From the NCBI GenBank assembly GCA_032718475.1, contig JAUCBJ010000149.1, positions 1 through 46,177 of the forward strand: a DNA stretch of 46,177 nt, read 5' to 3'. The stretch comes from Nemertoderma westbladi (Eukaryota; Animalia; Xenacoelomorpha). Positions within the stretch are counted from its first letter, which is position 1. Each line of letters opens with the position of its first letter. Below the pieces are notes generated by a model. The model searched no databases. It was not told where the DNA came from and saw only the letters and a program-made list of their open reading frames with translations. Shown in pieces: positions 22,971-36,451 of this stretch. The position numbers were made by a program, and so were the translations under genes.

Positions 22971-23682
22971 GGGGGGGGTACACCATTTTGGTCAAAAATA
23001 TGTCGAAATTTTTTTATGATATATTATAATGCACCATTGAATGGTGTTTCCAAATCTGAAAACCGCTATTTAATAGCTCTTTTAGTTTTTAAGTTATAAC
23101 AATTTCCATTTAGGGATTCCTATTGAAATTACTATTACTATATATAATGAAAGGTCGATTATCTCAAAATATTTTTTTTATGAAATTGTCAACTTCAAAA
23201 CCCTACTACTTCTACAATTTTTGAGCAATTAGTCTGAAACTTTCTGTGGGTGTCTAGATAGCCACCCTGCATAAAAGTATCAGACAACGTTTCGAAATTA
23301 TTTGTTAATAAAATTTAATACTATTTATAACAAACCTACAAATTAGGCATAAATTTGCAGCGCCACCTAGCGGTGCAGAATTATTTTCACAAAATTTCGC
23401 CTGATAGTTATGTTGCCCCATCTTTGATCTATCATATAAAAAAACTTTCATGTGATTAGATTCAAAACTGAAAAAGCCTTAGGGTTTTAAGCGCAACCAA
23501 GTTTTTTTTGTTGTTAACTAGTATTAACTAATATTAAATAGCGAAAAATAAAAATTTTCTAACCTGTCATGTAGAATAGCATCTTAGGCACTTTTATTCC
23601 AAATTATAGCCAAAACCAAACAATTTTGAAACGCTGAGAGTGATAAATCGAAGAGTTGTCCGAAAATGGTGTACCCCCCCCC
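22971..23682. mobile_element. Non-autonomous Kolobok-like DNA transposon
   Basis: TIR GGGGGGGGTACACCATTTT / AAAATGGTGTACCCCCCCC with TTAA on both sides (22967-22970, 23683-23686). Confidence 0.85.
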
Positions 23683-23778
23683 TTAATACCGAAATATTTA
23701 CTGATAATTAAATTAATAGCGTCGTAATGACAATGCTAATAATATTTACAGTAGCACCTATATAACAAAGAATATCTA

Positions 23779-24233
23779 CATCGTGACCAAAAAGGCAGAA
23801 CAACACTCACCACAAAATGTGGTTTCGAGAAAAATGCAAAAAACCTTCTCATTTCCCTCTATATGGATCCCGTCTTCTGATTTTTCGACAGAGGTCTGGG
23901 AAGATACAATGACACATTTTATAATAGTGGCTAGCATTCAAAATGAATTTTGTTAATGAAAAAACTGTTTTTTTCGTTATTTTCCAAAGAGGCAAAACAA
24001 CACATACTGAAGTTTAACATTAACTCTAGTCTGCGTGTGTTGTTTTACCACTTAACAGTTTTCAACTTTTATGTTGTGAGGGTTGTTCTGGTTTTCCATA
24101 TCTCCTAAACAGACTGACATACAAGTCTAGGATTTCAACATAAGATGTAGAACGCCATCTTGAGTATTTTTGGTAAAAAAAATTTTTTTTGATAAATTGT
24201 GTTATGTGTTGTTCTGGCTCTATGGTCACGACA
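23779..24233. mobile_element. Tc1/mariner/pogo-type MITE
   Basis: TIR xxTCGTGACCA....CAGAACAACAC at both ends, flanked by TA on each side. Confidence 0.65.
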
Positions 24234-27200
24234 TAGGGGCCTAATACCAGTAATACAACAAAAAAGAACAGATAGTTACGAAATAAACAACCCTCCTCAA
24301 CCAAGTCCGGCAATGAGAAAACACACCAGCTCACAAAAATTTTCGAATGGGAGTAGGCCTACATTTCTAGCGAAATTTAACCTGCAACTTGAATAAGTTC
24401 TACATTTATTGCATCAACCACAGCAAACAAAATTTATGTTGTTATTTTTAAATTTGAATATAAATAGGCTAAAATCTAGCTCACCCCAATTCGCAGACTG
24501 CATGCTTGTATTGTAGGCATAACTCACGGCAATGCAAACAGCATAATGTAATTTTCTATAACGTCTGACTGCAATAATTATATTATATTATGTCCAAACG
24601 TTTTCTAGTTTTTTTGGCTATTTGAGACCTATTAAATTCACCAAAATTATAGGCCTACAGTTATTTAACACTCACTCATACAGTAGCTACTCTGCACATA
24701 ACATTGTCACGTTATGTTCTACTCCACACGCATTATTGTATTTAAAACTCAAAATATTTATTTCTGAAAACTAATGTCATACAGTATACTGTATGTATTA
24801 CACTGTGATGTGGTTGAGCTTTAACAGCAGATTTAATATAAATGTTGATTATAACTGTAGGTTTTTTATTTCATTAGGTAAATTGTTCCAATTTTTAGGT
24901 CAAAGTTTAATTCCGAAAATAAAAGTATCAGTTTCAAATGAGTTACAATTAGGGAAGTAAAAGTGTAAGCACTAGTTCTCGTAGCGGTACTACAGTATAA
25001 GAGTGTATATCGGGCACTCAGTTTAATTTTTGTTATACAGTAGGTAATTTTGACACTTACAATTATATGTACACTTTATTCACATGTTTAACCTCCCCCC
25101 CCCCCCCCTCCCCGCCCCCACCCGTTTCAAACCCGTTTCTTATATATTTTCCTTAGAGCAGAATTTAATGAGAATTTCAAATCAGAAAACTAACTAATAT
25201 TTTCTTTGTGTGGGGGGGGGGGGGTGACTGGCGTTATTTCTAAAGTTATTTTTGATTTTTGTTGGAATCAAGTCTGTTTAACTGTCTGGTGGTCACTTCG
25301 TTTGTCTGTATGTCTGTCGGGTAGCTCGTCATAATTTAATAGAACACAAATTCTAGCGTAAATTTTCTCTCTTTAGGATTTCGTAGTCGGCGATTTCATT
25401 TCCAATCGCAGTTTCATGTTTGAATCTAATCTGTCTGTCGTTCTGTCCCTAGAAAAATACGACCTACAAAGAGACCGACAGGCGGACAAACAGACAGACC
25501 AGTCCTACATCCATAGGACTGACTGGCAGGGAAAGGAGCCAGTCTAATAAGACAGCTTGCATATTGTTTATCTCGCATAATGCTTGGCTGAGTATTTAAT
25601 CATGAGTCTTATTTCGTAGAAGAATTAACATGGTAAATTAATTTAATAATATTTCAGTATCAATACCACGTCGGCATTACCCTCCACTCCTAAAATCTCT
25701 TACTTTAAAAACACGAATTCTCTGTCAAAGCCTGTGAACAATCCCCTGTGCGCCTTTGGGTTAGGGGTGGTGCAGTTTAAAAGGGGGGTGGGAGGGGAGG
25801 AAGTTTCCCCGCTTCTTTCATTTATTGGCGGTTTGGATAAATTTCTTAAATACCGATTTTTTGATAGAATCGCACAAATTTTAATTTGTGTCTCATAATT
25901 GAGCCTCGTGGATGTGATGCGCGAAGGCCCCACGAACGTTAATTTATATTTTTGGTTTTGGCCTTCATACCAAGAAAAGCATGTTTGTCCATGTTACACT
26001 GTATTAAAAAGAGCAAAGCAACTTTAGAGATTCGGCATTTAAACTATTTTTTATGTATTTAAAGAAACTTTAGACTTCTATTAACTTTCGAAAAAATACT
26101 TTTCACTGTGCTTTCTCAAAATAAGCAAGTATCCAAAGCCGCGCCTAAATATTTAACTTCTTTTTATTTTCTATATTTTCACCATTACTAGTGACTTCAA
26201 GCTTTGCCTACTAAGATGTGCTTTCATCTGTAGAAAACCCGACGTTCTAGAATTTTAGATACAATACTTAGATACTAACAGGTCTGTAATTACAGGGTTC
26301 TAATTTACTATTATTTTTAAACAGAGACAACATTAGCTAACATAACGGGATAGTTATATAAAACCCGAAAAAGACGAAATTATTAACGAAAATATCGAAA
26401 TTATAAAACTATAGATAAAATCTCGCTTTCCAGTGAGATAGGTATTATTAGAAGGCACACTTTACATTATTTAATTAAGAAAATCCGATAATTTCGCCCC
26501 ATTTTCGACCCTAAAAGTAATTTAATACCAAAATACTGGCTCTGTTGATTGGTTGTTAGGGGTGATCCAATGATTGCAAAACACCACAAGATGGCGCTCA
26601 AATTAGGACTGTAGTCAGAATGTGGGCCTACTGCATTGCATTACGACTGCTGGACTGCAATTTTGTCGTTACAGTACGTTCACATGTTCACATCCGCCGC
26701 ACCACTTGCCTGACAGTCACTGTACACTGTACAGTGCACACCAAGGCTAGGTAGCGTTAAGGTACCGTATGCCGTAATGCAAAAATTTATATGGGAATTA
26801 CATTGTTGCAGTGTTGGGTTAGGGTACCGGACCACTTCTTTCAACTTTGCCGCTTCAGGCTGTACCGTACCATGCTTGTACAGTAACACACAAGTAGGCC
26901 CGCAGTACTGAGGGGCGATGAGTAATTGGTTCTCTGTTAATGTCTTCTGTTAACTTAAACAGAGAACATTAACAGAGGGTTTTATCAGAGAGTGCAAATT
27001 TGGTGAGCAATTTACCTATTTTAGTTCGCTGTTTAAATGTTCTCTATTAGCCTTCTGTTTAGGGGGTGAGCAGATCATTAACAGAGAACTAACTTTTCCA
27101 TATGCGGTCCCTTTGATGTATGAAAATTTCCATATGCGGCATCCCTTTATTCTTGTTAATGATTCAATATAAAAACATCCACTGATAATGTGTAGTGCCA

Positions 27201-29129
27201 CCCACGATCCCGATTATGTTTACTCTATACTGTCTATATTGTTTATACTGATCTACTCATGTGTACTCGCATGGTCAACTATATACTCAGCAACGCAACC
27301 GAAAGAGCTGCATAATACTGTAGAGCCCTAAAATAACGTATTAAGAGACACATTATTTATTTAAAGACGCCTGTGGAACTTAAGGCTCCATTGCTCTAAA
27401 AAATATAATATCAGAAAAATGTTATTTTTTAACGAAAATTTTGTTAAATCCATTCTAATTCACATAGGGGCCTCCTAATTAAAATATTGATAGCATCGAT
27501 TCAATAATTAAATTTATTATATTAATGAAAAGGAGTAGGTTACAGTGAAGGTAAAGTAAAAGTAAAGTTTTCTTCGGCCGGTAGGCCAGTGATTATGCAC
27601 AAAGTCTTATTTCCAGTGCGGTCCCAGAGAATTACAAGAGGAAACTCCAGTACTCATTTAGCTACCACTCAAGTAAGGATGCAAGGAAGAGTACACTAGC
27701 GTACCGAGGGGGAGACCGTGTGGCTTTAGCCTCCCCCTTGAAAGAAAGTAGAAAAAAATTCCTCAAAAATTTAACTATCAGAAGTTATCTAATTAAGCCG
27801 TAGCGGTTTAATCCATTGCCTTGAATTCACGTCCCCCTGAAGGTGGTGTGTTTAAGACCCACAAATCGTATGTACATGTAAGCGGATTCAATTCCATTGC
27901 ACTATCCACCCGAAAATGGGACCAGTGGCATTTTACCAATATAGTTGGGGATACGAGATTACCAATAATAATCTCGCCTCATAACTATCTTTGGGGGGGG
28001 ATACAAGCCCTAAAGCCACAGAGAGAGGTGAGAGGTCAAACCACCTCGGAGGGAGAACACAGCTATAGTAAAGGCTTGCGGCGGGGGGAAACACTCACCG
28101 GGAGTGCCAAAGTGACAATTAGTATGTAAGCCAATAGCAGGCAGGGGAGCACGTGAACAGAGATAGTAGAGCATCCACTGGGTACAGAAGGCCAAGTAGA
28201 GTAAGAGGTGAAACCAATATCTGTGTGTATCAATCATATATTATTCTGTATTACTGATTTACCGGTCAGTTCATTAATCACAGAGTTGCAGACCAGTCAT
28301 AGTTACCGATTTACTGCTGTCATTCATTCTGTATTGCAATATCAGTCACATTACTAATTCTGTGCTATTATCATTTGGAACATTAACATTGAGGAACACA
28401 AAACTCTGTTATTTTCCCGAACGGCTCTCAGCCTAAAGAACATTAGCCCAGCAGACCAGCAGTCAGGCGACGCGTACAAAATATAACCCAGTCGGGATCT
28501 ACGATCCCATCACAGTACAAAATGTATTTTTTGTTTACAATTAGGTCTCCGTAGTAACCGTAGGAAAGTCTCTGTAAAACATTGAAAATCGATGAGAAAG
28601 AAAATTCGAAATGCACTGCCTTTAAATTTTACCTAATATTTCGATCAATATGAAAATATATTTTTCAATTGTTGCTCTTCGTTTTTATCCGTTTGGTAGG
28701 GTCTTTTGGTTGGGGGGGGAGGGGGGGGGGGGGGGGGGGGGGTGGAAGAGGTGGGAGGTGGGAGGTGGTAGTGCCAAAGTCCGGCATAGATATGGCCACG
28801 CCCTTTACCGATTCCTCGGTACGCTAGTGGGAAGAGATGCACCCTGGTTAGTCCCTTTAAATAATTCTTGCCGAAATGAAAATTGCCTGGGCCCCCATGC
28901 AAGGATCGAACTCTGGAGAGATGTGAATTCAATGCAACCTGACTACACCAAGATGGAACCTTAGTGTAGTGCAGGGATAGTATGGTAGTTACTTTTTGCG
29001 GTAGCGGTAGTTGCGGTAGCAAAAATTGTAGCTGCTATTAATGGAGTTAGAGGCTCTTTAAAGTTTAGACTCTTTGCGTTAGAACGACGTTAGAACCAAT
29101 GAGAACCAATGATAAAAACCAACGACGTT

Positions 29130-31295
29130 AGAACCAATGATAAAACCTTGGGGGAACCAATGAGACACCTCCAATGTTATATAGTGTCTCGTTGGAGATG
29201 TGTGCATTGTACTTGACACAATGAACCCGGCGTAGCATTCTTGTGAATGTGCCATCCAGAGATTTGGTGTCCTCAGCAGTTAGAGCCCAGCATGGACTCC
29301 CATAGAGGAGTACTGGAACTACTGCTGCTCTAAATAATTGGACCTTAAGTTTCCGATTAATTCTCGGTGACTTCCAAATCCTGGAGAGCCTATTCAAGGC
29401 TGCCCGTGCCCATGCCTTTCCCTTACGTATTCGAAGGTCCTCACCTGACTTCCGGATCCATGATCCCAGGTAACAGAAGTCATCCACATGCTCAAGCATA
29501 CCATCTTTTGAGCTTATGCTCATCCGATCAGAGACTTGCGGAGGACTTTCAAAGTTAACTGTCAAAATTGTGGTCTTTCTGGAGTTAATAAAAATACCAA
29601 CACTGGAAGCAGCATGTTCTAATGAGCTGAGGAGCCATTGGGCTCCCTCTTGTGATTCTGAGAATACTCCTAAGTCATCAGCAAAGTCTAGATCAGTTAG
29701 GTACTTGGCAGGATTTCCTCGACTTCTGGAGCCAGTAGGTGGAGTTATCATCAACCCATCATCATTATGATGATCTAAGGACATGCGAGAACATAGTCAA
29801 CAACAATTATGAACAAGAATGGTGCAAGTGTGTCTCCCTGGAGGACGCCCCATAACACTTCAAATGGTTCTGTGTCACCGTCAACAGTAGACACAAATGT
29901 TGTCGAACCATCGTATACTGATCTGGTTGCTGCAATAATTTCATCAGGAATCCCATATAATGAAAGTATGCTGAACATACGTGAGCGAGAGACTGAATCA
30001 AAGGCCTTGAAGAAGTCAACAAAGATAACAGCCAGATGCCTGTCTTTCTTTTTTGATAACTCTTCAATTATCCTTCTAAGTGCCAAAATGGGCTCCATGG
30101 TCCCACGACCTTTACGGAACCCATTCTGATTTCAACGGAGCAGTCTCTCAATGGGATCCCTGATGCGATTTAATAGAATTATATTGTATAGCTTTGCAGC
30201 AATCGAGATCAATGAGATTCCCCGAAAAGAACCATAGAGTGTTAGGTTGCCCTTCTTAGGAACTGGCACCAACTTATTTGTTTTCATTTCTTGTGGGACT
30301 CTTTTTGTTCGGTACATGTCTACTATGATGGGATAGATGAGCTTTAAACACTCAGGTATTTTAAAGACCTCAGGGGGAACACCATCTACTCCACTGGCAC
30401 GATTGGTCTTAATGCTCTTTGCAGCAGCCTTCACTTCTGCAAAGGAGATATCAACAATGGGAATATCTGGGAGTACACACTCAGACACTTTTACTTCTAT
30501 AAAGTTATCAGGCAATACCCTGTCATTATTGAGGAGCTTTTCAAAGTGGGCCTTCCAACCATTGAGGCGATCGGCTGGTGATTCAGCCTTAACCTTGGTG
30601 GTTGGTTGGCTTTTTCGACCAGCAAGCAAGTTGATCGATCTGCATGCCTGTGATGATTGCCTGCTGTCGTCAGCATAATTGATGGCATCAACCTGTTGGT
30701 TTATTAGCTCCTGTACATTAACAGAGTACTGCCTGTTCAGGGACCTAGATGCAGCCTTAACTGCATTCTTGGCCGCTGTAGTCTGTTTGAGTTGGGACTC
30801 TTTCTGCGCCTTGTAGAGGTCATTTCGGCACTTCTGAATTTTGTTGTCAGTCCAGGGGGCCCGTTTCCTGTTTCGAGGGTATACAGGAACTGTTTCTGCA
30901 GCTGCTAACTTAACTGCCTCTGTGAAGGCAGTATAGCCCTCACAGTGATCTGCCGCCTCAGAGGCAAGAACCTCATACCTGTTGCTCAGCTGTAGTGTGA
31001 AGCTGGATTCACACTTGGCTGTTGCAACAGAGAGGACCAGTCATGCCGCGGCAAGGCAGATTTCGTTGTTCTGCTAGCACGCAGACTAAGTCTTACCTTG
31101 GCCACAATAAGGCGGTGATCACTGGAGAAGGGTCGTAGTGTAAATGCATTACAGTCTTGTATAGAGCTCCTGTATTTCCTACGAAACAGGATATGGTCTA
31201 TCTGGGACTTGTGACCACTAGGTCCACTATGAGTCCATAGCTTTCCAGTTCGCTTCTTGAACTGGGTTCCAGCCGAAAACAATCCATTTCCAGAG
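29130..31295 (-). pseudogene. RTE-clade LINE (APE endonuclease C-terminus plus RT), truncated and disrupted
   Basis: SQIDHIL..SDHRLIV, FRGISLISIAAKLYN, FVDFFKAFDSV, GVLQGDTLAPFLF, DLDFADDL, DFCYLGS and VLLYGS; several stops and frameshifts. Confidence 0.92.
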
Positions 31296-31297
31296 AT

Positions 31298-31562
31298 AAT
31301 GTAAATCTCCAACAGCTCTGGCATACCCCCCATCATCGTAGTACCTGGTAGTAGTATAGCCAACTGTATTTCAGGAAACACCCTTCTTTGGATCTATCAT
31401 GATGTCACCACGAATAACTGAAAGAATTTCTTCAAAATGAACAGGATAAAACCTGAACCTTTCTAAAAAATCATATTGTCGTAATTGGGATAATGGGTTG
31501 TACTTCTTATTATATACTGGTTTACGCCTGTTACCAATTTCTATGTCAAACTGAACACGCCA
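31298..31562 (-). pseudogene. Harbinger transposase N-terminal remnant
   Basis: RRKPVYNKKYNPLSQLRQYDFLERFRF, then EIQLAIL..RYY..GGYARAVGDLH in shifted frames (HARBI1-like). Cut by the RTE insertion. Confidence 0.7.
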
Positions 31563-32119
31563 CATGTTAATGTTAAATATTACAGTTGGCAATATTACAT
31601 GGTGTGTTAACACGTGCTTCTGCTAATAGCCTAAACAGAGGTTTTACCTCTGTTAAGGAAAATGTTCTCAGTTAGTTCACAGAGAACTAACAGTGAACGT
31701 AAAACTCACCCTTTAACAGTGACTTATCAGACAGAGAACTAACATTGCCAATAACTCACCAACTAAAATTATCAGCGAACAAATCTTCTCTGTTAGCTTA
31801 ACAGAGGCTTAACAGAGGAAATTGCTCATCGCCCCTGATCTGCTGATGCTGAGTTGGTTCATCCAAGCCGCCATTATTGGTCAACACCCAACAACCAACC
31901 AACAGACAGTATTTGGTATTAAATTACTTTTAAGGTCGTAAATGGGGCGAAATTATCGGATTTAATTAATTAAAAAAATGTAAAGTGTGACTTATAATAA
32001 TATCGATCTTATTAGAAAGCGAGATTTTGTAGATTGTTTGATAATTTTGATATTTTCGCTGATAAATTCGTCTTTTTCGTTATTTTCGGGTTTTATAACT
32101 ATCCAACATAACGCTACAT

Positions 32120-32530
32120 TGTAAGGGTTGGGGTTAACTCTTACACAACCAATCAGTATTATTATCGCCTGAGAAGAAATATATATTTAACAAGATTTAT
32201 AAAATTGTATTCAAATAATATATTTAGTAAATCACTTACTCTACATACTGGTTCTTTAGTTTATTTTATTTCAGTAAGTCTTAAAGAACACTCTACTGTT
32301 TAGGCCTACTGTATACATGTGATACAGTAGCTAAATATGAATGCTCTGCTTCTAGTTTAGGATTCAGTATCATCGTTTGGTCTTCTCTGTTGAGCTAAGG
32401 TTGAGTTTAGCTGTGTTTGGGTTGAAGTTTGAGAATTCTTGAGAAAATTTAGTTCTGTTTGCCAACCACAGGCTTCGCTAAGGTTTTGACAAGTTGTAGC
32501 TGAAGTATTCTTTTGTTCATTTTCCAAGCA
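32120..32530 (-). mobile_element. Possible solo-LTR fragment
   Basis: TG...CA bounded; the minus strand has AATAAA and ends CCCTTACA; CATTGT is present at both junctions. Confidence 0.35.
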
Positions 32531-32624
32531 TTGTGAACTAAAATTAAGATAATGCTAGATTAGTAACAAATTATTTCTACGGGGAGGTGACAATGTGGTT
32601 TTGGAAAATCCTTTTAGGATTCCG

Positions 32625-32758
32625 TTTTATTCTATGGGACTTCCAAATCCTGACCAGAAATCCAATGCTGGCCAAGCCTTCCCCTTACGTCTCCGAAGCT
32701 TCACCTGACTTTCGGATCCATGATCCCAAGTAGCAGAAGTCATCCATGTGTTCAAGCA
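32625..32758 (-). mobile_element. Short RTE RT fragment, paralogous to 29370-29500
   Basis: CGGATCCATGATCCCA.GTA.CAGAAGTCATCCA is shared; it encodes EHMDDFCYLGSWIRKSGE. Confidence 0.8.
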
Positions 32759-33651
32759 AGCCAACACTATAGCTTTTTGTAATTTTGTAATAAAAATATA
32801 CAACACAGTTAAATGCACCAATTTTGCATCTTTATTTATAAACAAACTATTTTCTTCAATTAATCGTTTATCTTTACTACTCACCATAAATGTTCCGGAC
32901 ATTGGCAAAAGCATGGTGGGGTTTGTTCTTCGTATTGTGATCGTCTTCTTGTGTTGTCGATCGTATTGTGTTGATTGATTATGTAGTTAGATAGTCCGGT
33001 GTAGTTAGATAGGCCCGATACGTCTCCTTGTGAAATCGATTCACTGAATAGGAAAAGACGTGTAATGTAAATATAATCGACTAAGTTCCTGATAACCTTA
33101 AGCCCCTTTTTGGCTAAATTTATCGCATTTATGGATTTTTATTTCATCTGATGAAGGATTTAATGGGGATTTCATAATGGCGAGATCTTATTTAGTTCTC
33201 AAGTTATCGCTGTCATTCCGTCAACCAATTTGCCCGTCAAAATTTAGAAGACAGACAAACCGTCAGACCGACATACAGTATTAGATAGCACCAAACATTA
33301 AAACAGACATCGGAAATGAAATCTCCGACACGGAAAACCCCCATACTGATGATTTTAGTGGTTATGTGAAGCCATACTGCCAAACATTACTAACCGATTA
33401 ACAGTCCGCAGACAGACATGTTTGAGCGGGAAGCTTCAAACTTTAAAAAAAACTATGGCATACTTGGTGTGTTAATATTCTTGGAAATTAATTCGCGTGC
33501 TATATCACGTGAGTAAAAACCTCTTTGAAGTTTTTGCGCGCGCAATATATCACGTAAATCGCATTTTATCGCGCGCTAAGACTCTACATAGGGGGTGCAT
33601 AATAACTCAGGAAATATGTAAGTAATTAATTATAAATTTGACGGCTAATAA

Positions 33652-34142
33652 ATATATGTTATAGTACATTATGATAATAAATGCTCTCCATAGCGTAAAA
33701 TATCAAGCACCCCTATTGGGGCTCGAACCCGATATCTAGGTTTCAAACTTCCGGTTATCATCAGCCGAGTGTGTGTCCTAAGACCACTGAGCTACCAGGG
33801 CGGTAGAAGATTTATTCTCTATGGAGTGGGCTATCATATGTAGGCCTTTTTACATCACTCATAGGAAAGTACAACGTTATTCCCGTGCTCTGCCAGAAAT
33901 GGCAACCATGCCTCAAAGAATAACTAAGTGTTGTAGAAACCACTGTAACCTCGTATGCCGGCCATGTGTGTTACTTAATTTTCTAATCTTCTACCGCCCT
34001 GGTAGCTCAGTGGTCTTAGGACACACACTCGGCTGATGATAACCGGAAGTTTGAAACCTTGGTATCGGGTTCGAGCCCCAATACGGGGCAATTGATATTT
34101 TTCGCTATGGAGAGCATTATCATAATGTACTATAACATATAT
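33652..34142. repeat. ~160-bp inverted repeat (33652-33812 / 33985-34142); each arm has a tRNA-derived A/B-box element pointing outward
   Basis: GCCCTGGTAGCTCAGTGG...GGGTTCGAGCCCC at 33996-34090 (+) and its near-identical reverse complement at 33707-33801 (-). Confidence 0.85.
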
Positions 34143-34344
34143 GTAATTAATTCTCGTGCTATGATTGGCTGTTATTGGGCGTATATTTATTCCTAGTACA
34201 ACAGTAAATGATCGCGCAAATGATTGGCTGATATCACTAGCGTTTTAACTCTAAATTGTTGTATTTATTCCGCGCGCTGTGATTGGTTGTTATGGAGTGC
34301 GATTTTATTCAATGTGGGAAGGATTTTTTTCTTGTCTAGAATTA

Positions 34345-34780
34345 TGGAGTTTTTGTGCACGCAAAAACCTACCATAGTTTTATCGCGCGCAAAAACCTGC
34401 CCGAGTTTTATCGCGCGTAAAAACTATCTTAGTTTTAGCACGCGCTAAAACCTCCCAACACTGTTATGCGCGTGCAAAAACATCCCAACGGAGTTTTTAC
34501 CTACCATAGTTTTAGCGCGCGCAAAAATCTCTCTTAGTTTTAGCGCGCCCGAAAACCTGCCTTATTTTTAGCGCGCGCAAAAACCTCTCTTGGTTTTAGC
34601 GCGCGCAAAAACCTCTCTTAGTTTTAGCGCGCGCAAATACCTCTCTTAGTTTTAGCGCGCGCAAAAACCTCTCTTAGTTTTAGCGCGCGCAAAAACCTCT
34701 CTTAGTTTTAGCGCGCGCGAAAACCTGCCTTAGTTTAGCGCGCGCAAAAACCTCCTAACACAGTTTTTGCACGCGCGCTG
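34345..34780 (+). repeat. ~28-30 bp minisatellite TTAGTTTTAGCGCGCGCAAAAACCTCTC
   Basis: About 14 degenerate tandem copies with a palindromic GCGCGC core. Confidence 0.9.
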
Positions 34781-36451
34781 TAATTGGTCCATTATTAATT
34801 TCTAATTCTGGAACATATAAAATATGTGGGAAATTCAAGTTATTTGAATTTCCTATAATAGTTTGGGAGGAGACACTGTCAGCAGTTTATAGGCTTACAG
34901 AAAGTAGATGGCCATGAGCCTACCAGTAATGTATTGTGAGACATTGAAGTCAAGTCCATTGTTAGCTATTCAGCACTGATTGTAAGGCAACACTGATAGA
35001 TAGCCTACAGTATTGCAAACTCATTTCTTAGCACCACCAAATTGTACATTAAGTATATTAATAACGTATGCAACATTATTGAATCGATCCGTGGAAGGAT
35101 CGGATAGTTACATTAAGGAGGAGAATATTCTCTTTTGGGGTGCGAGTTCTGAAAGAACTTGACGGAGGGACTTTCACTCATCGTGATTTTGCTTTACGAA
35201 AGAATTATTTAATTAAATGGCTGTTCGGATCTATCAATCCAATAGCACTACCTATACTTTTATTGCTATTAAATACTGCGAAAACCAGGGTTGCAAATGT
35301 AAACTGATGTATTCAACGTGTGTAATGCAACTATGGCCCCGCACCACATTTGGTCCGAGGATGGTATGAAAGTTGGTAGATTCATTATTTAGAGTCGGGG
35401 TTGACATTTGGTCGCATTTGATGTCATTAGGGTGTGTCTATGAGGCAGGAATAGGGATGGAAAAACTAAAACTGACAATAACTTTTCATTTCTACAGTAT
35501 AAGATATACAAATATAAATAAACATATAAATCTAATCAAAAAATAAAATGACATACAGTATAAACATTAAATTAAATGAAGAAATAAAATATATCAATAT
35601 AAATATAAATTAAATTAAATATAAAATATATTTATATATTTTTTTTATATAATATAAATTACATTTAAGTTTTTAAGTATTTAAGTCTATTAAGTTTTTA
35701 AATTTTAAATTATCCAATATTTTTTAAGTGATTGAACATCAGATGATTTTAAATTATCAAATTGTATATAATATATGAATAATGTAATATATTTATGATC
35801 ACATTTGGTTTTCCCATCCCACGTTGAAGATGGAAGATTTCATGTTTAAACTTCAAAGTTTATATTAAGTTTACATGTATGACATACATTGTGTGTCTGT
35901 ATATATTTAATTACATATATTAATTAATACATTAATTGATTAATACATCTAATTAATATGTTAATATAATTAATTCGCACATTTGTGTCCAACTATATCT
36001 TGATTGCTTCAAAAATTAATACTAGCATATTATCTGAGGTTATATTGGTTTGGGTCGACCCACTCCGTTAGGCTCATTTCGACCTAAATGGCATACAGTA
36101 GACGTACACCAAGGACTTAATTGCACAGAAAATGTCGTCATTAATTTCTGCAGTACTTTAAGGTATTCTAAATATTCGACTCCCGCAGTGTTATCGGGAG
36201 CGTTCCTATCGTTGACTAAAGTTAAACACGTACATAAGTTGTCCAATTCCAATAAACAAGTATTCTTTCTGATCTTGGTCGCTTGGATAGGAACAATTGT
36301 CAACCGTTGACCGAGACAAAAAGTTTTCGCACCGAGTGGTGAAATTCCTCTGCCATATAAATGATGTCGATTAAACAGATGTTATTGGGATGGCCTTGCC
36401 TTACTCAGGCTTACTAATCTGAGTCTGTGAGTATGGGGAAGACTGGTGCAG

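Larger units (their letters stand above)
26912..31835 (-). mobile_element. PIF/Harbinger DNA transposon with nested insertions
   Basis: TIR GGGGCGATGAGYAATT, 3-bp TSD TGA (26909-26911, 31836-31838), and subterminal TTAACAGAG repeats at both ends. Confidence 0.85.
26330..32118. mobile_element. Old diverged inverted-repeat pair (~26330-26560 / ~31880-32118) enclosing the Harbinger element
   Basis: GGATAGTTATA, AAAATCTCGCTTTC, ATCCGATAATTTCGCCCCATTT and AAAAGTAATTTAATACCAAA on the left appear as reverse complements on the right. Outer termini were not resolved. Confidence 0.65.

Noticed and set aside
27361-28625. TTAA-flanked Kolobok/Crypton-like element
   Set aside because: The terminal match is limited to TTAAAG, too weak to call.
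28645-29022. Poly-Pro / poly-Gly ORFs
   Set aside because: They arise from a G homopolymer run with no recognisable domain.
33996-34090. Functional tRNA (including tRNA-Sec, suggested by CTCAGTGGTCT)
   Set aside because: No interpretable anticodon arm, an oversized middle region and mismatched stems.
36040-36310. Short ORFs on both strands
   Set aside because: No recognisable domain; they cannot be supported as a gene.
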